From: Geosiphon pyriformis uo1
Lineage: Eukaryota > Fungi > Glomeromycota
DNA: 64,000 nucleotides
Assembly (NCBI GenBank): GCA_016748015.1
Contig: JAAOMT010000009.1
Location: forward strand, 514,459 to 578,458
Direction of reading: 5' to 3'
In this document: one piece after another, positions 1 to 11,140 of the stretch
Position numbering within the stretch: the first letter of the stretch is position 1
Layout of the letters: every line of letters starts with the position of its first letter
Position numbers and translations under genes: made by a program
Notes under the pieces: model-generated
Seen by the model: the letters and a program-made list of their open reading frames with translations, nothing else
Databases searched by the model: none
Told to the model about the DNA's origin: nothing

Positions 1-3000
1 TCTATGCTGATGCTTCTTTGTCAGTTCAGTTCTTCCAAGCTGGTAAAATCAATTCTATGATTGCCAAAGCTGTGAATGAATTTTTTTTTGTTGTTCTGGG
101 TGGCAACTTCAATGAAGATGGTTCTCATAAGTGTGCCAGTTTCAAAAAATGCCTTGATTTTGGTTTGGTTAACTTCTTTGGTAGAAGTTTTTTTGTTAAG
201 ACTCCTACTTGAGCCAACTCTTGTGGTGTGATTAAAACAATCAACTTTTTGTTCATTTTCTCAAACTTGGTTAATGCTGTAGTAGATCAGAATATGTGTG
301 GTGTTGAAGAATTCTTTAATACTAATCATTGGGCTGTTTCTGTGTCTGTGGGTTTGGATGGACTTTTGGATGTGTAGTTAACCTCTCTTTGCAAGTAAAC
401 AAATAGAGATCAGTAAAAGTTTGATTTCAAAGGTGCTGATGTCAACAAGTGAGAAAATTTTAAAAATGCCATGTCAGCCAATGCTGGGATGCTTTCTGAT
501 GAGTTTGATACTGCTGTCAAGCACTCAGACCTGGATGTCATGTGGGATGTTTTATGCAAAATAATGATGCTTTCGGTGAATAAGATATTTAGAAAAAAGT
601 GGTTCAAGAATTTTGACAGTGTGTTCACCAAAGTTTCTTTAAAGTTTCACAGGTTGAAACTTTTGGTTTTGAAAATTATCAAGGCCTTTCATGAGGAAAG
701 TGGTGTCAGTTTTATCTCTTTTATAAAGTGCTAGAACTCTTTGGATGGTATCAAAGTCTCAGTTGTTTAAGATCTTATAAACTCTAATTATGTTCATTCT
801 GTTCTCTCTGGCATTAGGAAGTCATATTGTGCATCCAAGCTTGCTGAATTCTTGGCAGCTAGGGAAGCAAACATTAGATCTGCTATAGATAGGAGGATGG
901 AAAGCTTCGAGACAAATAAGGATCATACTATCAGGAGTGTTTTGAAGCACTTTTTCTGCAAAGTGGTTCTGAACCATCTAGTTGTTAATGACAAACTTAT
1001 TTCGGAGCCTGGCTTGGTTAAATCTAAGGTGAACATTATTATGGAAGGATGAACTAGGAAGCATGGTGTGGTTGCTAATGTCTCTGATATTTGGTCTCAT
1101 CAATATCAGCCATTGGATTATGTTTTTGATAAGGTCTTTTCTGGTATAATGTATTCAGTTGAGTTTAGTAAGCTGCTTGATGTGGTTTCTATTTTGTCTG
1201 ATGACAAAACTGTTGGTCTTTTGGGTATCACAAATGAGCTTTGGAAACATTGTGACAAGTCAATTTTGGATATGCTTTTGGTACTTTTGAACTTAAGTCT
1301 TTCTTGCAAATCAGTGCCTGGATCTTGGAAGGAAACTTGGGTCTTGATGATTCCTAAACCATATAAATGGGAGGGTGTTCTTATGAATACCTGTCCTATT
1401 GCATTGATTGGGATGGCTCGTAAAATTTTTTTTAAGATACTCTTTAATAGAATTTCTTTGGCATGCAGCACTTTTAGTGCTCTTTGTGGGAACAATTTTT
1501 CAGTTTTAAAAAGCACAACAACTCAGTCTCTTATTTTTGCAGTTGGTTCAGTGGTTGAGAATATATTGGAAAAAAATTGGGAGTTCTGGCTGGTTTTGCA
1601 GGATATGTGGAAAGCATATGATTCAATTGGCTAGAAACATCTCAAGAAAAGTTTGATCAGGATCAAGATGTATGGTAGATTCATTCAGTTTTTCAGTGGT
1701 ATTTATAGGAATTGTACCAACAGAGTGATGACAGATTTTGGGTTGATGAATGATTATCATATACATAATGATTTGGACCAAGGGAAGGTCTTCTCTTTTC
1801 TTCTGTGACGTATATTTTATGATCCTCTGCTATGCAAAGTCAAGAAACAGAAAAACATGTGTGGTTATAGGTTAAGTTCTTATTTTATTTCAAAAAATGG
1901 TTGTGCTGAATCCAGGGCTGGGCTCTTTTCTTTTTTTGCTGCTGGCACTTTTGTTGATGATACAATTTAAGTTGGCTGTAATTAGGCTGCTACTTAATAT
2001 ATTCTTAATATTGCAAGTGAATTTTTTCAGATAAATAATATTTCTATCAATAATGACAAAATGGTGGCCATTCCCATTAATAGCAGAATCAGCATTCTTT
2101 CTCTTTTTATCAGTGGCTCACCAATCTTCATTGCCAAAAAGAGTGAATCTCATTGATATTTGGGTATTTTTCTATCAACTAAAAGTCTGTCAAAGCCTAG
2201 TTTGATGAAAGCAAATTCAGACATTCATTTTTTTTACCAATCTGGTCTTGAGAAAAGCTGTCTCAGATAAGCAGTTCTTATATTTGGTATCAGCAGTTCT
2301 TTATTCTATAGTTAGTTATAGAACACAGTTCAGCTTTGTTCCTATTAGTATGTGCAACAAGTGAGATGCTTTGATTTGTAAGGGCTTAAAGTTCAAAGCC
2401 AGTCTACCTCTCAATTTTTCTAGTAATACAATCCATTACCCTTCTTTTTATGGTTTGAAGTTTTTTGTTCAGGTTCAGTCTAAGAGCAAGGTGGTTTCTT
2501 TCATGAACTCTGGTAGCATCTTGGGTCGTTTGTTCTCTTACAGGTCCCAGAACTTGCAAGTTCTGTGCTGACATTTTGTTTATCCTTTGAATTCTCCTGT
2601 GCATATTCATGTCAGTGCCTCTGATAATTTTTTGGCAGGCATGGTGTGCATTTTTTTTGATTGCAATTTGTTCTTAGGTGGCTCTCTAACCAATCTCTTT
2701 CTGTTTCATGGTGGGATTCCTATGTCTGTTGTTCTGGACAAGTCACAGTTTTGTAGGTTTCTCTCTTCTTTCTAATGGTATGATATTGTTTTTATGGATC
2801 AACTTCATGATTGTCATGGTTTTGTTTTTGACTGGTACACTTTCAAGCATTAGAAAAGATTGGACCCCTGTGGCTCTGTTCCTAAATGGTTCAAGCTTTC
2901 TGTTGTGTTTCTAAATAGTGGAAGTCTATCTCCCACTTGTCCCTCAGTTTTGAATAGTGTCAGTTCTTTGAATATTCTTGAATTTTAGGATTTTGTTTCT

Positions 3001-4341
3001 GTTTGTAATTGTCTCTCACAAGTTGGTGCTGACAGTTTGTCAATATATACAGATGGGTCTCTTAGTAATCTGGGCTTAGTTGGCTATAGAACTGGTGTTG
3101 TTGCCTTTTTCGAGAATGTTGATTTGGGTTTGGGTGTTAGTGTGTCAGGTTTGATGTCATCTACTTTGGTGGAGTTGCAGACTATAGCACTGGCTCTGGA
3201 GTGTGTCTTCTTTTTGTGCTCTGTTAATTTGTTTTCAGATAGTCAATCTGCTTTGAATGCTTGTAAGTCAAAATTGGGTCTGGCATATTCCGACTTTTGT
3301 AATTAGTATTGGGTCGAATGTTGTCATATTACCAATGTTATTCGCAGTAAGAATTTGAAAATCAGCTGGCATAAGGTTAAAGGCCACTCTGGTGTTTCAG
3401 GAAATGAGTGCACTGACACAATTGCTGGTGATGCTTTTCTCTATAATTGGTATCTTTCTTCTCGTTTGGGTAAATACTTCATAATGGTTAATGGTAGTGT
3501 GGTTTTTGGCAATTCCAGATATTTTGTCTATGATATTTATTGTTCAGTTTGTCATACATGCTGGGAGGTTGGTTCTGGTTCCAGATTTTTGGCAAGTGGT
3601 TTGCATTCTAAGGTTGACTGGCACCATTTTTTTTTGGTATGACACCCTGACTTGCATATGGCTGCTGGTTTTACCAGCAGACTTTCGGCTAATACACACA
3701 CTTATTTTATGAAGACTTTGCACTACCAGTTGCCAATTGCCATTTGGAAGTGCTTTTATAATAGATCATATTCTAGTGTGTTATGTTTATATTATGGTGA
3801 TGTGGAAGCTTTGGATTATGTGTTCTCTTGTAAAATTAATGATTCCATTCAGAGTCAGTTGTTGGAATTTCATGTAAACTCTTGGAAAGTGGTTTTTGGT
3901 TTTTTCTATTCATCTTCAGGCATACTAAAACTATTGTCTTCATGTGTTTTTAACTCCTCTTTGTCCATGACACTCTATAAAGGTTTTGTTTTTAATGATT
4001 GGTTTTGCGAAGTGGTCACTATTTTTTATGATCCCAAGGTTGCTGGTTTGGAAATTGTCAAATTTGTGTGCTCTCTTAATCTTGCTTTTAGAAGTGATGT
4101 CTGATCAGTTTATGCTAAACATTGTGTTTACATGGAGAAAAATAGATTGATTCTCTTTGATGGTTTGATTCTCATCTTAGTTGCTGGTTTGGCTTCAGGG
4201 TTGTCAGCTGGGGTAGTCAAATTGCTTGGCATTGCCAATGCTTTTGGTGTTTGTTTTGGCTTTTGCAAATCTTGTTTATTTTTTTTAGGCATAAGTGACT
4301 CAATTTTGGTTCACATAACTGCATAGTATTGTTCTGATTAG
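1..4341 (+). mobile_element. LINE (non-LTR retrotransposon) copy A, ORF2 pseudogene (APE C-term, RT, RNase H, C-terminal Zn knuckle); runs off the left window edge; 3' UTR split by Gypsy-1
   Basis: Fragmented ORFs with APE GG(D/N)FN, RT LVLQDMWKAYDS and AGTFVDDT, RNase H IYTDGS..E..DSQ..WHKVKGHSG..GNE; ORF2 stop at 4326; many TGG>TAG/TGA stops; colinear with the full-length copy at 41.1-47.9 kb. Confidence 0.95.
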
Positions 4342-5313
4342 TGTTACCAGAGGTTTTTTGGTCTCTTTTCTTGAATGTTGTTGATGTTGATTTGCTGTGA
4401 ATTCACGTTTTTAGGAAGTAATTGGACCTCCAGTAACTGAATTTATCTTCAAATTATTTCCTATAATTTGAACTGCTGGGCTTATAAGTGGAATGGCCAA
4501 TTCCTTGCCAGTTACTTTATGTAGTTACATTGTAGTAAATGTTAACTCTTTCTCAGGAATTGCTCATCTGGAAGCTCACTAAAAAATGTGTAGTTATTTT
4601 GCTGTGAAAGTCAACTCTTCTACAGAAATTTCGTCTGTAGGCTACCCTAATGATTATGATAAGAAAAATAAAAAAATAAAAAAAATGTAAAAGAAATGGA
4701 ATTTATCAAGGGAAACGTTTTTTATCCAGGCCTGGAATCATTAACAGATTATTGAAATTAGTAGCTAATCAATTTCAAAACGTTAGTTGTGTTGAGGAAA
4801 TTTCAAGTGTAATAATTTAAGGATTTAGTTTTCGAATATTTAATTTTTATTTGAATGTGCAAAAAGTGATTTGTTTTCAATTAAGATATCTAAAGTAAAA
4901 TACTATAGTAAGATATTATGAAAAGATACATTTTCTTGAAAAGAGAAGCTCTTCTTTTATACAACCTGTTGTAGTACTAGTCTTTGAACTTGCATTTTTC
5001 TCTTTGCTACAATTTGGGTGAACTAAAGATACATTTCGGTGAATTTACAAGTTATTTCACTGAACTATTGATTATTTCAGCGAATTTTCATTAATTTCGG
5101 CGAATTTTGACTATGTTAAAAGGTTCAGAGTATTGTGTAATTTGATTATCTTAATTTCTAGAGTACAAATCGGATTATTGATTGAGTAATGATATTTAAT
5201 AATTTGATTAAATAATAAGTGATAATCGAATTAATAATAATGTATGCTAATTAATAATAGGAATTATAAGGGTAATTTCATGCTAATTAATAGCTAAAAT
5301 TTTACTGGTAACA
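4342..5313 (-). repeat. 3' LTR of Gypsy-1 (family A)
   Basis: TG...CA termini with TGTTACCAG/CTGGTAACA inverted ends; nearly identical to 13265-14235; preceded on the minus strand by PPT GAGGAGGAAATTA. Confidence 0.96.
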
Positions 5314-5959
5314 TAATTTCCTCCTCAAAACTGAGCTCCATTGAAGTCCAAGCACTATCTGTGATGTTAAGATAGTGGTCCAAGATAATTGAAGTGATTT
5401 GGTCTGAAAATTGTTGAAATTTCAGTTCTGTAAGCTTTCCAATGTATTGAATTTTTATTGGTTGCAGTATTGGATTTTGTAAAACGTTTTCACAAGTGTT
5501 GAATAAATCATAGAGTCTAAAAGCTGCTCTAAGTTTGTAGCAAGTGTTTGTTGATCCAGCTGCTGTCTTAAATTCATTGTGAATTTGTTTTTGTATAGTC
5601 TTAGAAGTAATGTTGGTTGCTTCAAGTTCCAGTTTTTGTTCATAAAGTGTTTTTCCAATATAAAAATATCTATATATAAGGGTATGTTCCTTGTTCTGTT
5701 CATTGAGAAATAGTAATAGTTTTTGTTGAATTGTGGCATTTGGTAGAATGTTAATAGGGGTGAATAAAAGATTTTTTTTCAGTGCTTGCTTCAAAAGTTC
5801 TGGTAACCTATTTTCAGAGTGACCTCTTGTTTTTCTTTTATAGAGGTGGTAGTTCTGAGAATTATTTACTACTGGGGCTGTGGTTTCTTTTTGAATATAA
5901 TTAATTTGACTTCCATTAATTGTTATGGATAAGTCAGGAAGTGTTTTCAAGACTAACAT
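5294..5959 (-). CDS. Gypsy accessory ORF3 (221 aa, env position, no obvious TM segment), unknown function
   Basis: Open frame between IN and the 3' LTR, reading through the PPT and stopping inside the LTR; homologous frames at ~21.4-22.2 kb, ~27.1-27.7 kb and ~34.15-34.76 kb. Confidence 0.75.
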   Translation of the reverse strand: MLVLKTLPDLSITINGSQINYIQKETTAPVVNNSQNYHLYKRKTRGHSENRLPELLKQALKKNLLFTPINILPNATIQQKLLLFLNEQNKEHTLIYRYFYIGKTLYEQKLELEATNITSKTIQKQIHNEFKTAAGSTNTCYKLRAAFRLYDLFNTCENVLQNPILQPIKIQYIGKLTELKFQQFSDQITSIILDHYLNITDSAWTSMELSFEEEIMLPVKF

Positions 5960-6164
5960 TAATTTTTGGGATATTTGTTGAATATTTCGGGAAATAATTA
6001 TGATAAAATTGACTAATTAATGAAAAAAAGAGAATAAAAAAAATTATTTTTTGGATATAAGATTTTATTTGTTTTTGGGTTTGTGTGTTTTTGTAATTAT
6101 TTGCTATTTTTTTTTTTGTGTATTTATAAAAAAAAAGATTATTGTAAAATTATATTGAATTAAG

Positions 6165-7545
6165 TGTTCAAGTTTGGTTGTTGTTCTATTATGACTATTG
6201 GTTCTAAATTTCGGGAAATATCTTCAGGATTAATTAAAAAGGAATATATACTAATTTGTGGAATTAATGGTTCAGGTATGTTTCTGGAATAATAGTGTTT
6301 TAATCTATCTCCATGTGCAACTTTTGCTAATACTTTGTCATCAAGTCTTAACTTATATGATCCATTGTCTAGAATTTCATGAATATAAAATGGTCTATCC
6401 TATTTGTTTTCAAATTTTCTACTCCATTGTTTTTTAGTCTTAGTTTTGTGTAAGAGAACTTTATTTCCAACTTTAAATTTGTTGGTAATGAGTGGTAATT
6501 TGTTGTTATGTTTTTCTTTTTGTTGGACTTGGAAATGTTCAATATGAGTTGCTGCTATTCTTCTTTTTCCTTCTAGTGTACTAAAAAGAGTGTAGGCCCT
6601 TCTTTGGAGTGTTTCTTGAAAGTTTTCTTCATTAATTGGTTGCACAGGATATGTTTCCACTGTGAAATTGATTGGTAATATTGCTGTCCTTCCATAAGTT
6701 AAGTTAAATGATGTGTGTTTTGTAGTATCTTGTTTTAGTGTTCTGTATGCTAATAACACTAATAGAATAAAAATATCTCATTCCTGCTCAAAATTTGTTG
6801 AGATTTTGGCTAAAGATTCACACAATGTTCTGTTGAAACGTTTTATAAGTTCATTTGTTTGAGGGTAATAAGGTGATGATAGAGGTCTTTTGACATTGAA
6901 TTGTTCACAAATTTTTTGTATTAGGTTGTTCACAAAATGTGTTTTTTGATCAGATAAAAGTTCAATTGGGCATTTATGTTTACAGATAATGTCTTTATAG
7001 ATGAAATTTGCTACTGATTTTGCATCTGCTTTTTGGATGGCTCTAGCTTTAAGCCATTTGGTGAGATAATCTACTGCAACTGCAATATAACGATTTTCTT
7101 GGGTTGTGATAGGTAATGGTTTGACTAAATCAATTTCAACTTTGTCAAAAGGTTGTCCAACTTTGATTGGATTTAAAGGTTCTATGGGGCAAGTTCCTTC
7201 TCTTCTTTGACAACTATTACAGGATTCTACATATTGTCAAATGTCTTTTTGCATGTGAGACCAAAAATAATGTTCAAGAGTTCTTTGAATTGTTCCATCT
7301 CTTCCCAAATGTGCTGAAGAAGAATCTGTGTACATGTTGTATAGAATTGTTTCTTTTTCATTTTCCTGTACTAATCTGAGTAATTGGTTTGAGTTTTTAT
7401 GATTTTTGTAATAGATTTTGTTGTGGTGTATAAAATATTGTTTGGACTGGTGTTGTAATTGATGTTTTTCACTTGGAGACCAATCTTCTGACATAGTGAG
7501 AGTCTCCAAATAGTTTTTAAGGTTGTTGTAATTTCTGGAATTCAT
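6165..7545 (-). pseudogene. Gypsy-1 integrase (Zn-binding N-terminus, DDE core, GPF/Y tail; no chromodomain seen)
   Basis: AHLGRDGT..YFW, YIAVAVDYLTKW, SPYYPQTNEL, LAYRT..T, KF(K)VG(N)KVLL, (G)PFYI motifs with stops. Confidence 0.9.
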
Positions 7546-7589
7546 TGTTGTTTTGTTGTTTTGCTGGTAGTAGTATGTTGTAGTGATTG

Positions 7590-8900
7590 TTGGTGGTGTT
7601 AATTTTGTCTCATTCTTGAGAGGCTATCAACATTGATGTGTAGTTTTCTTGGTTTGTGGTATATAATGTATCTGTAGTCTGCTAAGAAATTATTCCATTA
7701 AGACTGTTTGGTACTTTGTTCAGTTTTTTTTTTATTGAGTTATTTGAGACTAATATTGTCTGTTATGATGTCAAATTTTTTTCTATTCTTCAGATATTGT
7801 TGAAAATGTTTAAGAGCCCAAATGACTGCAGCCGCTTCTAATTCAGTTGAGCCATATTTGAATTCTGTTGGCTTGAGTGTTTTGCTGACATAGGCAATGA
7901 CTTGTTCTTGGCCATTTTCATCTAATTGTGATAAGATGGCACCAAAAGCTATGTGTAAAACATCAGTAGCTAGTTGGAATCATTTATTGAAGTCTGAGTA
8001 AGCAAGAACTGGGGCTGTTGTCAATCTTGTTTTGAGGGTTTCAAAAGCCTTTTGTTGTTCTTCCGTCCATTTGTATGGCACATTTTTGTTGGTAAGATAA
8101 TTAAGTGGTTTGGCAATTTCTGAGAATCCCTTTATAAATTTCTGATAGTAAGAGACTAATCCTACAAATTCTCTTAGTTCTGTGGTATTTTTGGGAGTTT
8201 GAAAGTTTTTGACAGCACTAATTGTTCCAGGGTTTGGTTTGACTCCATCTTTGCTAACTATATGTCCAAGAAAGATTAAGCTTGTTTTTTTAAAGTAATA
8301 TTTCTCAATGTTCAACTTTAATCCTGTTTTTTGTAATCATTGAAAAACTTCTTGCAGGTGAATAAGATGGGCTTCAAAGCTTGGTGAGTACACATCAGTG
8401 TTATCAAAGTAAACAACTACTGATTGCCATAAGAGTCTTTCATATACAACATCCATGAGTTATTGGAATGTTGCTGGTGCATTGCAGAGTCCAAAAAGCA
8501 TAACATTGAACTCATAATTTTCTCCTTGAGTGGTGAATGCTGTTTTGGGCCTATCTTTTGGGTTCATTTCGACTTGCCAGTATCCACTTTCCAAGTCTAA
8601 AGTTGAGAAGAACTTGGCTTTTCCTAGAGCATCTAGCATGTTATCAATTCTTGGAAGAGGATAGACATCTCCAATTGTAACACTATTCAGTTGTCTATAA
8701 TCAACACAGAATCTGATTTTTCCATTTTTTTTTTTAACTAGAACTACTGGTAAGGCCCATGGACTTCTTAATGGTTGAATCAATTCGTTATTGAGTATTC
8801 TTTGGACCTCTTCTCTAATAAATTGGTGGCTAGCAGATAAAACTTAATAGGCTTGTTGTTGTTTTGGTGGAGCATCTCCTGTATAGATTTGGTGTTGAAC
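7590..8900 (-). pseudogene. Gypsy-1 reverse transcriptase and RNase H
   Basis: SPWALPVVLVKKKNGKIRFCVDYRQLN, LDLESGYWQV, FGLCNAPATFQ, FLGHIVS, LATDV..AFGAILSQ, ELEAAAVIWALKHF. Confidence 0.95.
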
Positions 8901-9439
8901 AATATCCGTTTTTCCAAGGTCATTGTTGTTTTTTGCAAATATATCTGCAAATTCAGCTATTAATTGTTTCAATTGTCTTTGTTGTTGGAGTTCCAAGAGA
9001 CCCATGTTGATTCGAATGAGTTTTTCTTCCAAAAGGTGGTAGTTTTTAGTGGTAGAAATGATGTTTGGATTTAGAAGTAGTGTATGTCTTATAATTTCGA
9101 TAAAATTAGAGACAATTTGAGAGTTTTCATCTTGAAAAATGTTACTGTGTATGATTCCAATCTCTAGTTTGTTCAATAAGACAATGAAGTAATTATTGGG
9201 ATTATAAAATATAACTCAAAATTTTTTCATTCCTTTGGGAATATAAACGTTTGGGATTGAGATTTTATGTTTCAAACAGATTTGTTTATTGGATTCAAAG
9301 ATTTGTTGGGTAGTGGTGAGTTTTGAGCAAGTGTAAATTTCGTGATGTTCACCAAAAGGTGAAATGGTAATTGGTTAGGAAAGTTGAAGAATCTGGTGAG
9401 ATTCATTTTGTGCATTGAGAGCTATGTTTACTGGCACTG

Positions 9440-9870
9440 TAAATCGTCCAGTTGAACCAAAACTTTGCATTCCTCTTTCATTTTTTCCCAATTGTTCTCT
9501 GTTATTAACTGATTGTAAACCTGAAATGTTGATTAAGAGTAGGTAAATTGCTTGGGCAATTTTTTCAGCATGTTCAATCTTGAATGGTTTGTCTGTTTCA
9601 TTCTGCAACATGATAGTAATGTCTTCAGTATATTCTGTATCTATAATTCCTCTTCTGACATTGATTTCTTTGCTTGCCAATGATGATCTGGATGCAATTT
9701 GAACCATTGCTCCAGGTAGAATTTCAAAAGCAATTTTGAGATTGATTTTTGTCAAAAATTTTGGTTGGAGAATCAAAGTGTCTTTGTTAGGATATCTTAG
9801 GTCATATCTTGCATCAATTTCGTGGGCTTTTTCTGGTTTTATTTCTTTTCCATTGTTGTTAAAATATTTG
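9440..9870 (-). pseudogene. dUTPase domain within Gypsy-1 pol
   Basis: Trimeric dUTPase motifs I-V in order: DARYDL, IASRSSLA, GIIDTEYTEDI, EKIAQ, ERGMQSFGSTG. Confidence 0.9.
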
Positions 9871-9989
9871 AGTTGTATAGCAGACTGGTTTTTCATAAGA
9901 TAGATTGGTGTGGTTGCAATTTTTTCTTTTGTTTCTGGTTTCCCAAATTCAATTTCTTCCTGGTTATTTTCACTAGGCAGGGAAATATT

Positions 9990-10600
9990 AAGAGCATAGC
10001 ATTCTGGACACCATTTGTCATCACAAGACATGATGTATTTTTTACACAATTGAATGTTCATTTGCTCTAATTGTTGAATTTGAGCTTCTTGGGTTGGGTA
10101 TGTGTGGCTTGCAATTTGGTAGTAGGTTTCTACTTTATCTTCATAATCAAATCCAGCTAATTCTATAGTATACTCAATGTATTTAGCTTCTTTTATTTGG
10201 CAGACATCTTCTTGTGTGGCTCCATTAATTAATGCCATTGCTAAGTCAAAAATCATTTTAGCATCATGAGAATAGTGGTAGAGTTTATTGAGAGCACTAT
10301 TGTATACTGCATCAAATAGTGTTCCTCTTCTAACTTTTTCCGAGATTGATAGAGCATATTGACAGGTCTGATTGCATACTTTTTCTCTTATTGCAACATC
10401 AATCCAGTTGCATTCTTCTGGTAATATATTTCCACATGTAAAACAAGGTGTTTTGTCCCATTTCCCACTTCTTTTTGGAGATCCAAATCGTTCTCTATGG
10501 CATGCTTTGCAAAAGTAATAGGTACAAGTTTCATATTCCTTTTCTGGAGAAATACATGCTCCCATTGATGAAAGTTTTTTGTTGCAATCTTTGCATTTGA
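9990..10600 (-). other. Cys-rich putative Zn-binding domain between PR and dUTPase of Gypsy-1
   Basis: CKDC, CKAC, CFTC, CNQTC, CPEC pairs; same pattern conserved at ~31670-32275. Confidence 0.65.
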
Positions 10601-10790
10601 GTGGAATATAGAGTGGTTGTTTTTATGGTTCTGGTATAGAATATCTAACTTTTTTCTATCCTCTTGATTCTTCAAAAATCTCCTGTTTTGTTTCTTCAGC
10701 TCAATTGGATGTTGATCCAAGAGCCATGTAGGTTTCAGTAAGTGGCATTTCTTTCTTCTCTTCAAATTCAAATACTGGGGCTTTTTCTGA

Positions 10791-11140
10791 TCATTTGTTA
10801 AAAGTACTACAAGTAGCAGGTACTATGGTGTATTGTTCTTGGTATAAGATTTTTAATTCTTGAGTTGCCCAGTCCAAGTTTGCATGAACTTTAAAAAGCC
10901 AATCATTTCCGACCAGAGCTTGGTATTGGGGTGCATCCATGACTAGAACTTTGACTGAAATGGTAATTCCATCAATGGTAAATGAGAAATTGTCAATTTT
11001 TCTTACTGGTGTCTTTTTCATACCATCTGCTGTAACAATTACAGTTTGGGCTGGTCTGTCAACAGTTCTTTGAAGTTGTTGTATTAACTGGTAAGTGATA
11101 ATACTTCTAGCTAATCCACTATCTAGAATTAGTCAAATGG
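10791..11140 (-). pseudogene. Gypsy-1 aspartic protease
   Basis: LILDSG active-site motif (~11115-11132) and ALVGNDWL flap-end motif. Confidence 0.88.

Noticed and set aside
5294-5959. env gene
   Set aside because: No signal peptide, fusion peptide or transmembrane anchor visible
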